The position numbers were made by a program, and so were the translations under genes. A stretch of 63,244 nucleotides of DNA, filler included. It is 14 parts of 14 records of this genome, joined end to end, with 100 filler letters (N's around TTAATTAATTAA, not from the genome) between each part and the next. Parts side by side here need not be neighbours in the genome. Positions count along the whole stretch, not along the records: positions 8,558 to 12,042 come from SRR15195285_878; positions 12,143 to 15,464 come from SRR15195285_880; positions 15,565 to 21,571 come from SRR15195285_887; 11 more parts are not named here. One strand, 5' to 3'. Positions 8,985 to 21,202 of this stretch are shown one piece after another (positions within the stretch are counted from its first letter, which is position 1; every line of letters starts with the position of its first letter). Under the pieces are notes generated by a model. That model was not told the origin of the DNA. It saw nothing but the letters and a program-made list of their open reading frames with translations, and made no database searches.

Positions 8985-11888
8985 TCACATTTCCACAGCT
9001 GCAGTGCATACAACCGTGACCGATTTCCCAATGAGACTCTGCTGCGTTGGCAGCGCCAGCTCCACAGTCGTCAAGGGCGTAGTACTAGTGATATTCGTCA
9101 TCGTCGAAGAGACGACGCTATTCCCTGCCGCCCTTGCGTCCGCGCTACAACGCAAAGCTACTCCTTCAAGCGTAATGGTGAGTGGTCCACCAGTATCCAC
9201 ACCCGATGCGGTGAGAGTCACGCCAGTTGCATTTGCACGTCTCAATAAGATGATCGATGGTAGCGATGCGCGCACTATCGCACTACTCGCTCCCAGAATG
9301 CACTCGTCAACCTGGGCCGTGGCGCTCGGAGCCCCACCGCCCGAGGGCCAGAATACAACGTGCAGTTGCGAGGCCGAGCTGTAAGTGGAAGGACCGCCAC
9401 AGACTGAAGCCACTTGCATACTCGCTGTGTTCACGTGGTACATGTATGGACTACCTTGAGCGTGCGGCTTCGTCGCCATGTCTTCGACAAACGCTGATGG
9501 GTACATGGTATACATGTACTCAGATGATCCCTTGGCACTCGCAGAACTTTTTTTCGGCGCCTCACCGTGCAAGATGCGGACTGAAAATGTGTCGAGAGTA
9601 CGGCTTAGCGCTGCAGTTGCTGTGGCGTGAGCCGTGAGATGTGCGAAATTGCCAGTGCGGTTTGTGACGTTGACTTCAAGGGGTTGCGAATTGTTTGTCA
9701 ACAGGATACCTGTGCCATTGTGCCAAAGCCAGGATGGGCACGGCACGGTTGGCCCCGTGCAGAAGGTGTGATTGCCCTGCACACGATGACAGCAATCGCG
9801 CGTTGCAACTCAGTACGGCACTTACTAGTGGCTACATTCCTAGCCGTTTGAAAACGTATCAGTGCAAAGTGATGAGCCATAATGCGACACAACGCAGAGG
9901 GTAACACAAAACAAATCGTAGCGTACTGGTGCTAGGATAGTCCGGCCAGTCGCCTTCCCAATAGCGCTGCCGTCGTCAATCCAAACCAATCCACTTAAGC
10001 GCTCATTTACAATCGTTGTGGCCACATGCATCGGCTTTCCAATGGCCTGCAGTCCTGTCCCTAGCACCACTAAGGCATCGTCGAACGCAAAGTGCGAGCG
10101 TGCGAGCGAAAATCCAGTGTTACGGAGCAGTCCTGTTGGACCAAACTGCATTGCTGTTGCGCCGTACTTGCCATCGCTTGCACCTCCCACGAAGGTGGCT
10201 CCACCCATGAGCAGAGGCCAGTTGTATCCAATGGACTCGGATTGCTTCGGGTCGCAATACAAAAATGATGTGTCTGTTGGTGCTGTGATACCAGGGAGTG
10301 CATGCCAATCCCAAACCGCAGGCATGTCCAGATAGCGCGCTGCAGCAGCATCAGTTGGGTACAGTTGTATTGAGCCGTCTGCCACGTGCTGCGCGCCAAG
10401 GCACGCTCCATTGATGCAACGTGCGGCCACCGTGCGTTTGGAGCGCATGCGTACAACCAAGACAAAGCCACGTCGTCTGTGGACCATGATATCGCTATTC
10501 CAGTAATGCCTGTTCCCCAGCACTCCGGCAATAGCGTTGGCACTGCTACCAGTTTCGATAATCTTGGCGTAGGTAGCCATCTCAGCGCGTCGCACTGGTA
10601 GTGAACGCAGTGCCTCTCCAGAAAACCCCACTCGATGCCGTCCTGGCGCGGAAATTGATCGCCCAATCGCAGCCAAAGCCCAGTCTCCACTGGCCGTTGT
10701 CATCCATTGCTGACCATCAAGTACCTGTCGCACGTGCAGGTTTCAAGTACCGGTATGGTTGTGCTCCGGACTGTGTGATCAATCAAAACGCAACAATCAG
10801 AAAAACTAGTCCCATTCTTTTTCACTGACAAAGCTTGCGAATATGGTCAGCTTGTCAGTAGAAATAGCAAGCGATGTATTTGCGGTCAGGTGGTAGACCT
10901 GCAGCATTCGGTTTGTAAAGACAGCGCCGTAACTTCCCGTCAGCTCTTCTGCACCTGGACAGGAATTAACGAGCGTATCAGCGGCACGCCGCACATTGTA
11001 TCGGGCAGTGTCTTACGGAATTATGCCATTGTCGGTTAACTGCACGCACCGTGTTGATGGAACGAACTGTCGGCCTGTATACCCTCTGCTGGCTGTGGGG
11101 CTATGGCGAGAACGCTGTACAGCCGATTAAGAGCAGAGGTGATCGTGTCACTGGCGCCAGTGATTAAGCCAAGCTGCAGCGTGATTGTTGCCATATCTGC
11201 ACTGTTGGCACCACCACAGCTCCCATCGCAACTGCTCATCTCAGATTTTGCAATCTCGGTCACTGCGCTGTTAACATCATCGGCAGCAAGTCCCTGTATA
11301 CGTGGATGACGACAGAGGGAGCCAACACAGATGTGTGAAACTGTGAATCGCGAAGATGCAAATCTCAGAAGCAGGCGGATCGGGCTGCCGTACACGTCCT
11401 TCCAGAAGCAAAAAAATGTTTGCCAGTGATTGTGGCACGCCAATCTCCATCCAGTACCAGTTGGGATTCGTGAAGTGTCCACGCAACCAATACCTCAGTG
11501 CGACGTTTGCTGAGGCCAGCAGCGAGCTGGAGTTGGCGCTGGGGCTCAGTGGCGATCGCACAGCCACAGCTATTGACTGAATGCGATGCAGGTGGTTGAT
11601 CGTAGCCCACGTCCCACGCGTCTGATCTTTGTAGTTCACGTCTGCCCACGACCCGTCGGCTCGCAGTGAGGACTGCAGCTCTGCCGCGGTCTTGTTGGCA
11701 GCGGCAGCCTTGCTGGCAGTAGGGGAGAGGAGTGGTGCCAGCAGCCGACTCTTGACGGTCTGCTGGTCAGCTGTGCACGACGGGAACGGCGATGGTGGAA
11801 GTGGCGGCGCGGCTGCAGCAGCAAGCGCCAGGGCAGGTGGGAGCATCAGGAACAGCTGCTGCAGCCGTGGGCGGACCATCACGCCCAT
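8985..11888 (-). CDS. Secreted polysaccharide lyase family 8 (chondroitin AC/hyaluronate/xanthan lyase-like), 5 exons, ~817 aa
   Basis: Exons 11888-11394, 11293-11050, 10954-10830, 10724-9927 and 9776-8985, all GT-AG and phase-consistent. Signal peptide. DGSWADVNY, NPNWYWMEIGVP, GGAN, EGIQADSSFHQHG..GSYG, GNRHYWNSD, WDWHALPGIT, FVGGASDG. Confidence 0.92.
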
Positions 11889-12631
11889 CGATCGCGCACC
11901 CAACCAGCGCAGGGTGGATGGCCCGCAAATGCCGATGATACGATATACAGTACTAGTATATATGCACTCCTGACACCTTTGCATGTGATTAGGAATATGT
12001 GCGCCTAAATGCAGGAATTCTGCATTCAGCTCATGCATAAATNNNNNNNNNNNNNNNNNNNNNNNNNNNNNNNNNNNNNNNNNNNNTTAATTAATTAANN
12101 NNNNNNNNNNNNNNNNNNNNNNNNNNNNNNNNNNNNNNNNNNCAACCTGGGTACTGCGGCTTAGGCGGGACGACACATCGGGACCTGATGAGTGGCACAG
12201 CACGTGCGCGTGCGCATGCGTGGCCCGCGCGCGCGGTGGTCTATCTGTGCGCCGCGCGTGACAGCGCGAGACAGGAGAGAGATAGAGAGAGACAACGAAA
12301 GTGAGCTGAACAGTGGCAATTTGCGGGTCGGCGAGTGGCTCTCTCTGCTATCCGCGTATGCGTATGCTGGCGAGAGCACTCTACCGGCGGGGTCACACGT
12401 CATCTGACGCACGACGACCTCGCTCCAGCAAGATGATTCTCTCTACATGCAGCGCCACCACCACCGCTGCTGCTGCGTATGCCGCATCTAACACCACCAC
12501 CACCACTGGAGCCTGCAGTACCCACTCTGTTCAATGCTTTCTCTCAATCCTGGCAGTCATTTTGCCAGCGTAGTCGTGCACGGCGCTCGTCTGAGTGTGA
12601 TGGTGACTCGGCCGTGCTTTGGTCGGAGCAG

Positions 12632-15351
12632 GTAGTGCATCCAGTGACTCTACACCACCTTGCGCCTCAATCGAGGTGCCATCGACGGACGAGCTGAATG
12701 CCGAGGGCGGCTGTGTGTCGCGCTGGGCGCAGTCCCGCCCAGAGGCTGCGTCTCAGGTGAGTGGAATTTGCTGCCGTTGCCACCTGTCTGTGCACGAGAA
12801 CGCGCAATGTCTCCGATATACTCTGTGCATTGGGGCTTCCTAGTTTCAGCGCTGCTGCATGATGAACGAGGCCGATACTTCTGCGTCAGGTTTCGCTGCG
12901 AGCCGGGTGCTACCGAATCACGATCGCCGACGCGGACGTAGTGCGCTGCGTGCAACGGACCGAGACTGAGGACGGCGCGCTGCAGGTGTGGCTTGGTCTA
13001 TGAGCCACGCTGAATCAAATCTGCCTACTTCTACGCTTGATACCGAGTGTGAGGTCCATTCTTGATCGGATCTTGACAGTTCTTTTGAGATTTTGCCATT
13101 CTTTTGGTTTCATGCAGCGCGCCTACGACACCCACGCCGTGGTGTACTGGCCGTCGACTGCCATCCCGTCTACCGCGGCGGCAAGTAGCTCTGGGAAGTG
13201 GGCATGGGCTCCGGGAAGTGGCACTACCCATGAGTACGGTGTAGTGTTCGTCCCGGGCACCGGAGCTGGGGTCGGCCCAGCGTATCGGCATCGTCCCGCG
13301 AGGAATAAGTACCCAGGGCCAATTGATGTAGGGACGTTCCACCCGGACCACGAGGTATCTCCCTTGCACTGTGAACTGCCACTCGGTGGTGCGTGCTGCA
13401 CACGTCTAAGGTTTTCGCTGCGCAGGCATTTTTCCCTACTACAGCAAGAGCGCTCGTGACTGAAGGAGTACCCACTATCCAAGTGACTTGGAGCGATTTC
13501 CGAGCTCCTCCTGCCTCGGCAGCCGAACGCGCCTACGGGTACGACGGTGGAAGCAAGACGAATCCAGCAGTTCCGCTGTGTCCGGCTGCCGCAGGCGCAG
13601 GAGAAGAAGAAGTGGAGATGGTTGTGGACGCCATGGGTGATGTGAGCAGCCTTTCCACACCAGTCGATCCTTTGCTTACAGTCCTTGGTAGGCTGGCGTG
13701 ACACTCTCTGTCTCTGTGTGTGACTGGGTGTAGGTTGCGTCTGCAAAGGTGGAGGCGGCCATAAAGCTGCTACTGCTGAATGGCTGTCGCAGCGTGGTGC
13801 TTGCTGGTCACTCAATGGGCGCGGCTATCTGCTGCGAGACCGCCCGTAGGTGAGAAAAGCTCAAGCGTACTAATTGTGGGCTTCGATTATATTGAGCTGT
13901 GCGTATTGCGTGGTGATTTAGGCAATTGGCTGCTGACACACGCGCCACCGGGCGGTTGAGTGACACTGAACATAGCCAGAATGGACCAATGCTAGAACGC
14001 GACGCTGTGTCTTGGCGTCAACCGACACAACTGCGTGCGTTGTGTATGCTAAGTGGCGCTGCAATTCACTGGACCCTTGGCTCATGGTGCGCAGCACGCC
14101 TTGGTTGAGTTTGCCGTCGCCTTTAAACTTCAGATGTGAGCATCAAAACCTCTCTCATCGACCTATGCACGCATGTCACAGGAGGACTCTGGCGCATCGG
14201 GTACTTGCCAACGAAGGTACTGACGGTGCGAGTGTAGACAACAACACGTGGAGATCGTCTATCATCCTGTGCGCCAGCTGATTGCTGACACAGGCCGCAC
14301 ATGTGCTTGGCTCATGTGCAGCAGAGCAATCATTGTTGGAGCAACACGAGGTCCCGCTGTTGATTGTGAATGCGGAGCACGATATCGGCTGCGCTAAAGG
14401 TAGATCCCACATGCCTGCCTGCTAGAGACTACGAGGACCAAACTACGCAGCAGTACACATATACAGTGTACTCCTAAATCTTATGATTGCAACGTGTCAC
14501 CTATTGTTCTCCTATCTTTCTCCACTTACTAGCAGGCTCGTTTGGTTTCGATACAGGTGTGTACTGGGAAGAAGGGGACGGCAGGAACGGTGCCGCAGTT
14601 GAGCGACAGGTATGATTGTGTTGATGTCATTGTGCTCTGTGACATCCAGTATCACTTGTCGTGTGCTTTTGATGTTGTGGTGTTGCTCTCAACCAGGGAA
14701 TGTTTGCACGCACAGCGAAAGACTATTTTGTTGTCGAGGACCACACTCATTCTTGGTTCCGGGTACGTTACATCAGTTTCTTGTAGTGCCAAAGGTTCAG
14801 TCAAGCCTGTTGCACAAATCTCGTCCTGCCTGCCTGCCTGCTTGTCTATTTTTGGCTCTATCGATTGCTGCTCGTCTGACCTAGGGGACGGAGTCCTCGA
14901 AGCCGTTGAACGTGGCCGATGAACACACATGGAGCAACGTGCGTTTGCTGTCGATGCTCTGGCTGAGATTGGACACCGCAGTGCTCGTCGGCTTTGGACT
15001 GAGACTGTGCCGACTTTTTTTCCATGCAGAAGTAGACAGTAAGAGTTGGACCGCGGTTGCACGTATGATAGTTTTCATTCACACCCACTCTGTTTCAATG
15101 CACAGGCGGACCGACTGGCATCAGACAGAGACGGGCGAGGGATCTACGAGGTCCAGCCAACGATAGACGCCCTCGGTTCGTTACTAAGGGAGTGGTTAGC
15201 AAGACATGATCAAGCTGCTTGGAGAGCGAAGCATGGTCAAGGAGTTGAAAATGCGGGGGAAAAAAATCAGACGGCAGTCGGGACGTGGATCTCAGTAGGC
15301 AGCGGCGAGAAGAGCACACCCAAGCACTGTGATCTTCTGGCAAGCCTCTAG
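12632..15351 (+). CDS. Alpha/beta-hydrolase fold protein, at least 12 exons (5' end unresolved)
   Basis: Exons ..12756, 12890-12985, 13118-13354, 13426-13641, 13734-13849, 13922-14086, 14182-14216, 14322-14399, 14557-14609, 14697-14762, 14885-14938 and 15106-15351 join in phase. Motifs VVFVPGTG, VVLAGHSMGAA (13806-13820), PLLIVNAEHD and EDHTHSW. Confidence 0.78.
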
Positions 15352-15966
15352 CTACGTATTTTGTGAGGTTGCTGTCCACACAGTCGCCGCAAATGGCACA
15401 TAGGTATATAAACAGTCTGCCACATCTCAGCCAGTCTGTTGCGGCATGGTAGCTGCTCGCACGCNNNNNNNNNNNNNNNNNNNNNNNNNNNNNNNNNNNN
15501 NNNNNNNNTTAATTAATTAANNNNNNNNNNNNNNNNNNNNNNNNNNNNNNNNNNNNNNNNNNNNTTCCCTGATCTATTTTCCCTGATCTATTTTGCCATC
15601 CATCCGGATCCGTGACCATTTTGTGTTCCGAACCGGTTGGTTCTCCTCAGAGGTGAAATTTCTGACAGGCTACCCGACATGTACACGTTGAATATTGCAT
15701 TATTAATACAGGACACCGTGCTAGCGACAGAATTGGAGAAATAGGACGGCCAGAGTCGTCTGACTGACTCGGTCCCAAATTCAACAAAACTCATGCTAAT
15801 TCGAGCAATCCAGACAGCAATCACTATTAGTATTCCCTGAATTTCATGGATTAGGATTCGTCGTGAACTACGAGTTTATACGCGTGCTCCAGAATCGGTT
15901 CTGGCTCGCTGTTGGCGGCCTGGCCGTGGGCGGGCACCGTGGGCTGAGAGCGGCTGCTCGGTCGTG

Positions 15967-16468
15967 ATGGCGCAGCGGAAGGCGACGAAGGGTGGGAAGC
16001 CAGAGGCTGTGGCGCCGATGGACTCGCCGCAGAAGTGAGCCAGCCAGCTGAGCACTGCCTGTTGGCTGCGCGGAGCTGCGCCGGTGCTCCGGCCAGAGCG
16101 GCAGCACGCAATTGTAGCACGATTGTAGCATGATTGATGACGCGCGGACAGGATGGAGGCTGACAGCAGCTGTGCGTGTATGCCCTGGACGCAGGTTGAT
16201 CAAGAAGCGCAATCGCCCGGATAAGGCGTCCACCATCAAGGGTGTCAACTTTGACAAAGCCACTTCGAAGTGGCTCGTCCGCGTGTCGGAGAACGGCAAG
16301 CAAAGATACTTCGGGCGCTACACCACGCAGGAGCTGGCAGAGAAGGCCGCCATCGACTGGAAGAAGACGCATGACGACGCCAAAGTCGCGACGGACTCTT
16401 CCGGCGGGCCGCGTGGCAAGGGCAAAAAGCCACCGCCAGCCAAGCCGCCGGCTAGGAATCAGTCGTAG
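15967..16468 (+). CDS. Small basic AP2-domain DNA-binding protein (2 exons, 113 aa)
   Basis: join(15967..16034,16195..16468). AP2 motif STIKGVNFDKATSKWLVRVSENGKQRYFGRYTTQELAEKA with K/P/A-rich tails. Confidence 0.8.
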
Positions 16469-18016
16469 GGACTGGGGAAGGATGCCAAGCGCTAGACTGT
16501 TGCAGCAGCCCATGTATATTAATTGACTAACGTAAACAAACGCTCTGCGCAGCGCTTCGTCTCCGCTGAGCCAACGGTCGCTTGGGCCGTGATCGATCCT
16601 TGCGTGTGGGCGTGCGGTGCACAGCCGTCGCTGCGTTGCTGCCAGTAGCAGGGCTGGCGCAAGGACTGTGCAGTGCTGCCAAGGCCGTGGTTCCGGAAGC
16701 GCCTGTTCCACGCTGCCCAGCGCAACGTGGCACCGCTCTTACGCGGCACGTGCATGCGAATTCGCTTGTTGGGTCGGTGGTGCAACGATAGCGCCCTGAG
16801 AACGGAGAATCAGCTGCCCGCCACCGCTTCGCGATGGCTCGTCTTCTTGAGGCCTCTGGCGTGGCAGTACTATCTTTGATATCTCCGCCGCCTAGGTGTG
16901 CATCAGTTCCTCATGATGGCTCTGCTCTTCTGATTGCACGGATGGCCAGGCGCAGAATCCCGCCCAACACTGCGTGTAGCCGCCCCTGATCACACTTGGT
17001 GTGATACTACTGTGCGCATGACACATGGGACCTGTACCGTCGGCTCTTTGCCCCCACGGGCGACGGGCCACGCTCCGTCGCTCCCACCGCTCACGCCTCA
17101 CCCTCCTGGGGGTCACCGGCACGCGGCAGGCGAAGTTCTTTGCTGCGTCCGTCGGTCACGTCGCGCTGCCGGTCAGGAGCGCCTCCAGGAGCGCCTCCAG
17201 GAGCTACCAGCGCTGTCCCCTGTCGTCAGCAGTGCCACTGGCAGTCCTCCAACCGAAGTCGTGCAGCTCCAGAGCTGCCCTTCCATACCGCAGGCGCGAG
17301 CGATACGCGCCACGAGGGCACTCAGCGCAACAGCCAGTGAGGGAGCCCGAGCTCAGGGTCGAGTCGTCAGGTGTTCAAAAAGTCGCTCGGTCTCGAAGGG
17401 ACGCTGCGTCACTGAGCACGCATTTCTCTGTGCGACGCTGTTGGCCGCAGCTAGTTGGCCTTCTGTGGTCGCCGCTGCAGTGGATGAAGGTGGAAGTTGC
17501 TAGCAGAAGTGAAGTACTCTCCAGTCACCCGGTCGCTACTCCCGTGGCGCCGATCCGGACAGCGGAGTCCTGGCGCGTGTTGCCCTGAATGTAAACGAGC
17601 GCCGCAGTGGCAGCAGTGCTCCAGGCGGCTAGCACATACAGTACAGTGGCAGCACATCTCGAGGCTTGGGAACAGATCTGAGCAGGAAAAGGGTCTGGCC
17701 GTACTGCCGATGAGAGCAATCGCGGCCTGGGGTGCCGTGAGTACAATCGTCTTTAGCGTGCGCGCGATGGCTTCATGCCCACATGCCGCATGCACCATGC
17801 AGCGGTCGCGGGCAGTGGTCGCGGGTCGGTGAGTCGTATCGGTGCGTGAGTGACTCATTCGACTCATCGAAGAGCGACTATTCCGTATTCCCCACTGGTG
17901 GGCATCTACCTCGGCTGCTGCGGTGCCACGCTGCTGCGGCTGCGGGCGGCGGCTGCTGCGGCGGCTGCTGCGGCCGTGGCTGCGCGGTAGCCGCTGCAAG
18001 GGGTGGGGCTGCTGCG

Positions 18017-20529
18017 ATGAGCCCGTATTCGTGCGCGACGCACACGCTGGCAGTGAAGATTGTGGCTGACCGGACGCTGGAGTACACCTTCTCGCGCTAT
18101 ACGGAGTACGCCATTGCGGTGTTCGCGGGCGGGACGTATGTCACGTCAACTTGGCAGCGGTACAAGCGGTTCCACCAGCTGCACCGAGAGCTGGTGCGCA
18201 ACATGCGCGCGCAGGCAGCGCAACTCCCTTCCCTGCCGCCCAAAATTCGCGGACGTGGCGCCCACCCGCGAGTCGTCGCGGATCGGCGTGACGAGCTGTG
18301 CCAGTACATCAACGTGCTGCTCGATGCGGTGCCCGAAAGGCTCATCCCGATTATCGACCGCTTCCTAGGACTGGATCGAGCACCAGTCCCGATGCCGTCC
18401 TCAGATTCTGAGCGGAACTCGCGCCCTGGGATGATGCTGGGCTACGATCGCCGCGAAATTGAGCAGGTGCAGGAGATTGTCGGGGAGTGTGGCATGCTGG
18501 TCGACGAGCTGGCTGACGAGCTCAGCCTTGTGGGCCTGTCCACGGAAGAAGTTGCTCGAGTGAGGCGCACGGCCACTGATCTGGTCGATGCACTGCAAAC
18601 ACTTTCGTCGCAGCAGCCGATCCAGTGGCAACAGGCGCTGAAGGCCGAGCGGGAGCGCGCTGCGTATCTGGAGCGATCGGTGCGGACACTGGCGCTGCAG
18701 AACGAGCGAGTGCTTGCGGGTGCCACCCAGGGGGTGGCGTCGCCGCTGCCGCGAGAGTTGGACGAGGTTGAACAGGGCGAGGAGTCAAGTAGCGATGATG
18801 ACGACGACTTTTTCGACACACTTAGCCACCACGATGACACGTTGCATGATCTGCCAGCGGGTGACCCGGCAGGTGCTGGCTTGGATGCTACTGTTGCAGA
18901 CGCCAACTCAGCACGGCTAGCGAGGCTTGGCCGGATCGAAGGTAGTGCTGGCAGTAATCGTGGTGGAGGTGGTGCCTCGAACGTGAGCTCTGACGGGGTA
19001 GATGGCGGCCGGCGGCGCATGCGGATTGCAGCATACAAGGGATTTACAGAGGTGTCCATGTGGGGCTTCTTGAAGGAAGTCATCGGTCAGGACCTCACGA
19101 GAATTACGTTCCCGGTCGCATTTAACGAGCCGCTTTCCCTCTTGCAGCGCGCGGCAGAAGACATGGAGTACAGCTATTTGCTAGATCAGGCAGCGGCTTG
19201 CGCGGACTCAGAGCAGAAGCTGCTGTACGTGGCGGCGTTCGCCATTTCAAACTACACTGCAACCTGTCATCGGCTGGGAAAGCCGTTCAATCCCCTGCTG
19301 CATGAGACCTTCGAGTACATCAAGCCCAGCGATGCAGAGCGAAAGTGTGGCGGATTCCGTTACATCGCGGAGCAGGTCGGCCATCATCCACCTGTGTCAG
19401 CGATCCATGCAGAAGCCCTACCGGCGGCGAGTGGGCAAAGCCCAGCATGGACCTTTTGGTCAGACTGGGAACCCAAGATGTCATTATCTGGCGCGCGGTG
19501 CAACGTGGTAGCGGACGGCGTTAGCCAGTGCAGGTTTGCCGAAACGGGCGACCATTTTTCGTGGTCTAAGGTGACGACACAGGTCAACGGGATCATCGTC
19601 GGCACCATGGCAATCACGCACTTTGGGGAGATGAAGATCATCAACCACACAACAGGCGAGAGCTGTGTAGTTGAGTTTGAACAGCAGGGGTTGTGGGATT
19701 TCGGTCCCGACCAGGCTAGGCTGTCGGGCGTACTCCGCTCGCAGAGTGGGGTGGCACGGTATGCCCTGCAGGGCTCATGGGACTCAGTCGACGGTCACCT
19801 GTGCGCCGCAAAAGCTGCAGGGGAAGGGAACAAGGTAGTAATGGCGCCTGGTAAAGCTCTACGCATCCGCACTGCGTCGTTCATCTGCAACAACATTTTG
19901 TTGCTCCACCCGCCACGGGCTTGCGCTACTGTTGAGAGTACTGATACTGCCGGTGTGTGACAGATGAGGAGCCGGCGGAGTTGTTTCGCGTGGAGCCTCG
20001 CCCTAATGACTCGGCAAGGCAATATAACTTCACCCAGTTTGCTATTGGACTCAACCAGCGACCAGGTCCAGCGAAGCGTGACGGCGGCGTGATAGGGCGA
20101 CCGGCGCCGACAGACACCACGCTGCGGCCAGACGTGAGGGCCATGGAGGAGGGCAACATGACCCTGGCAGCGGATGAGAAACATAGGCTAGAGGTGAAGC
20201 AGCGTGCGGCGCGGAAGATTCGTAAGGATGCGGGCGAACACGGTGAGTACTGCGTGCCTGGCTGTTTCCCTCACAGGAGCAGGCCGTACGGCAAGACTAT
20301 TATCGGTTGTGTCTGCCCCGGTCTCAAGTTTTTCACTAACATCCATTTGTGCCTGTCTGTCGGCCGGTGGACGTCAGCAGGCGAGCCGCCGCCACGTTGG
20401 TTCCGCAAAGAGCGGGACACGACGTTGGATAGAGACGCGTGGGTGTTCCAAGGAGAATACTGGACTGCGCGCGACGCAGGGGCATTCGAGGACGGCAGCG
20501 CAGCGCATGGCTGCGATGACATCTATTGA
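18017..20529 (+). CDS. Oxysterol-binding-protein-related protein with N-terminal PX domain and FFAT motif
   Basis: PX-like YTEYAI..QRYKRFHQLHREL..LPSLPPK..RRDELCQYINVLL. Coiled coil. SSSDDDDDFFDT (FFAT-like, 18806-18820). ORD motifs GQDLTRITFPVAFNEPLSLLQR, KPFNPLLHETF, EQVGHHPP and EKHRLEVKQR. Introns 19851-19963 and 20243-20380. Confidence 0.9.
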
Positions 20530-20644
20530 CTTCGGCATGTCGGTTCGGTTGAATGGATCCTGCCATTGCGCGCGGATTAGATGAGAGCGCACGTCGTGGC
20601 TTTGCTTGCGTGACGAGAACCTCTCTGCTCCATTATGGTGACCC

Positions 20645-21202
20645 TCATGTGCAGCCGTTGTCTAGCACCAGGAGCTCGTGTTTCTCCATGACCTCAGCTT
20701 CCCACTCGCCTTCCATGACTTCATTCGGGTAGTCGGCTAAGCTACAAATGTCCGACACGGTTTTGCCGTTCACGCGCAGAATCGTTTGCCACTTCATGAC
20801 TGTTAGCATGCCAAACAGCTTCTGTGTCTCCATTATCTGAAGCTTCAAGCCGTAGATCGTGGTGAGCGGGTCGTTGAACGTGAGCTCGATGTCAGTGGGC
20901 TCGCCGCGCGCAGCCGCGGTCTGCGTGGCGCCGCCGATGCCCTCGCGATCGAATCGGTTCCTGCTCTCGTCGGCATTCTGCGCACGCTCTCCTCTCAGGT
21001 AAACTCGAATCTTCAGCTTGATCTCAGCGGGCAACTGGATCGCGCGGTCCTTGTTGTACGGCCGCAGCGTGTCCCCCCGCGCGCCCTGCCCGTCCGCGTG
21101 GCTCGGTTCCAGCGCACCGCCGAAGGTGCCGTCCTTGCGGCTCTCCTTCTCGACCACCGGCGCCGCGGTCGCTGGGAACATCAGGTCCATCATTGAGGTC
21201 AT
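20645..21202 (-). CDS. Uncharacterised protein with possible C-terminal ubiquitin-like domain
   Basis: 185-aa ORF from ATG 21202. TIYGLKLQI..LRVNGKTVSD..SLADY resembles the Ubl pattern. Confidence 0.55.
   Translation of the reverse strand: MTSMMDLMFPATAAPVVEKESRKDGTFGGALEPSHADGQGARGDTLRPYNKDRAIQLPAEIKLKIRVYLRGERAQNADESRNRFDREGIGGATQTAAARGEPTDIELTFNDPLTTIYGLKLQIMETQKLFGMLTVMKWQTILRVNGKTVSDICSLADYPNEVMEGEWEAEVMEKHELLVLDNGCT

Noticed and set aside
15565-15594. 14-bp-period duplication TTCCCTGATCTATT, and similar two-copy repeats at 1741-1766 and 43289-43326
   Set aside because: Two-copy slippage-type duplications in non-coding or contig-edge sequence with no further structure.
16500-17990. Many overlapping 60-190 aa ORFs between the AP2 and OSBP genes
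   Set aside because: Arg/Ala/Ser-rich translations with no motif, and I could not build a consistent exon chain.
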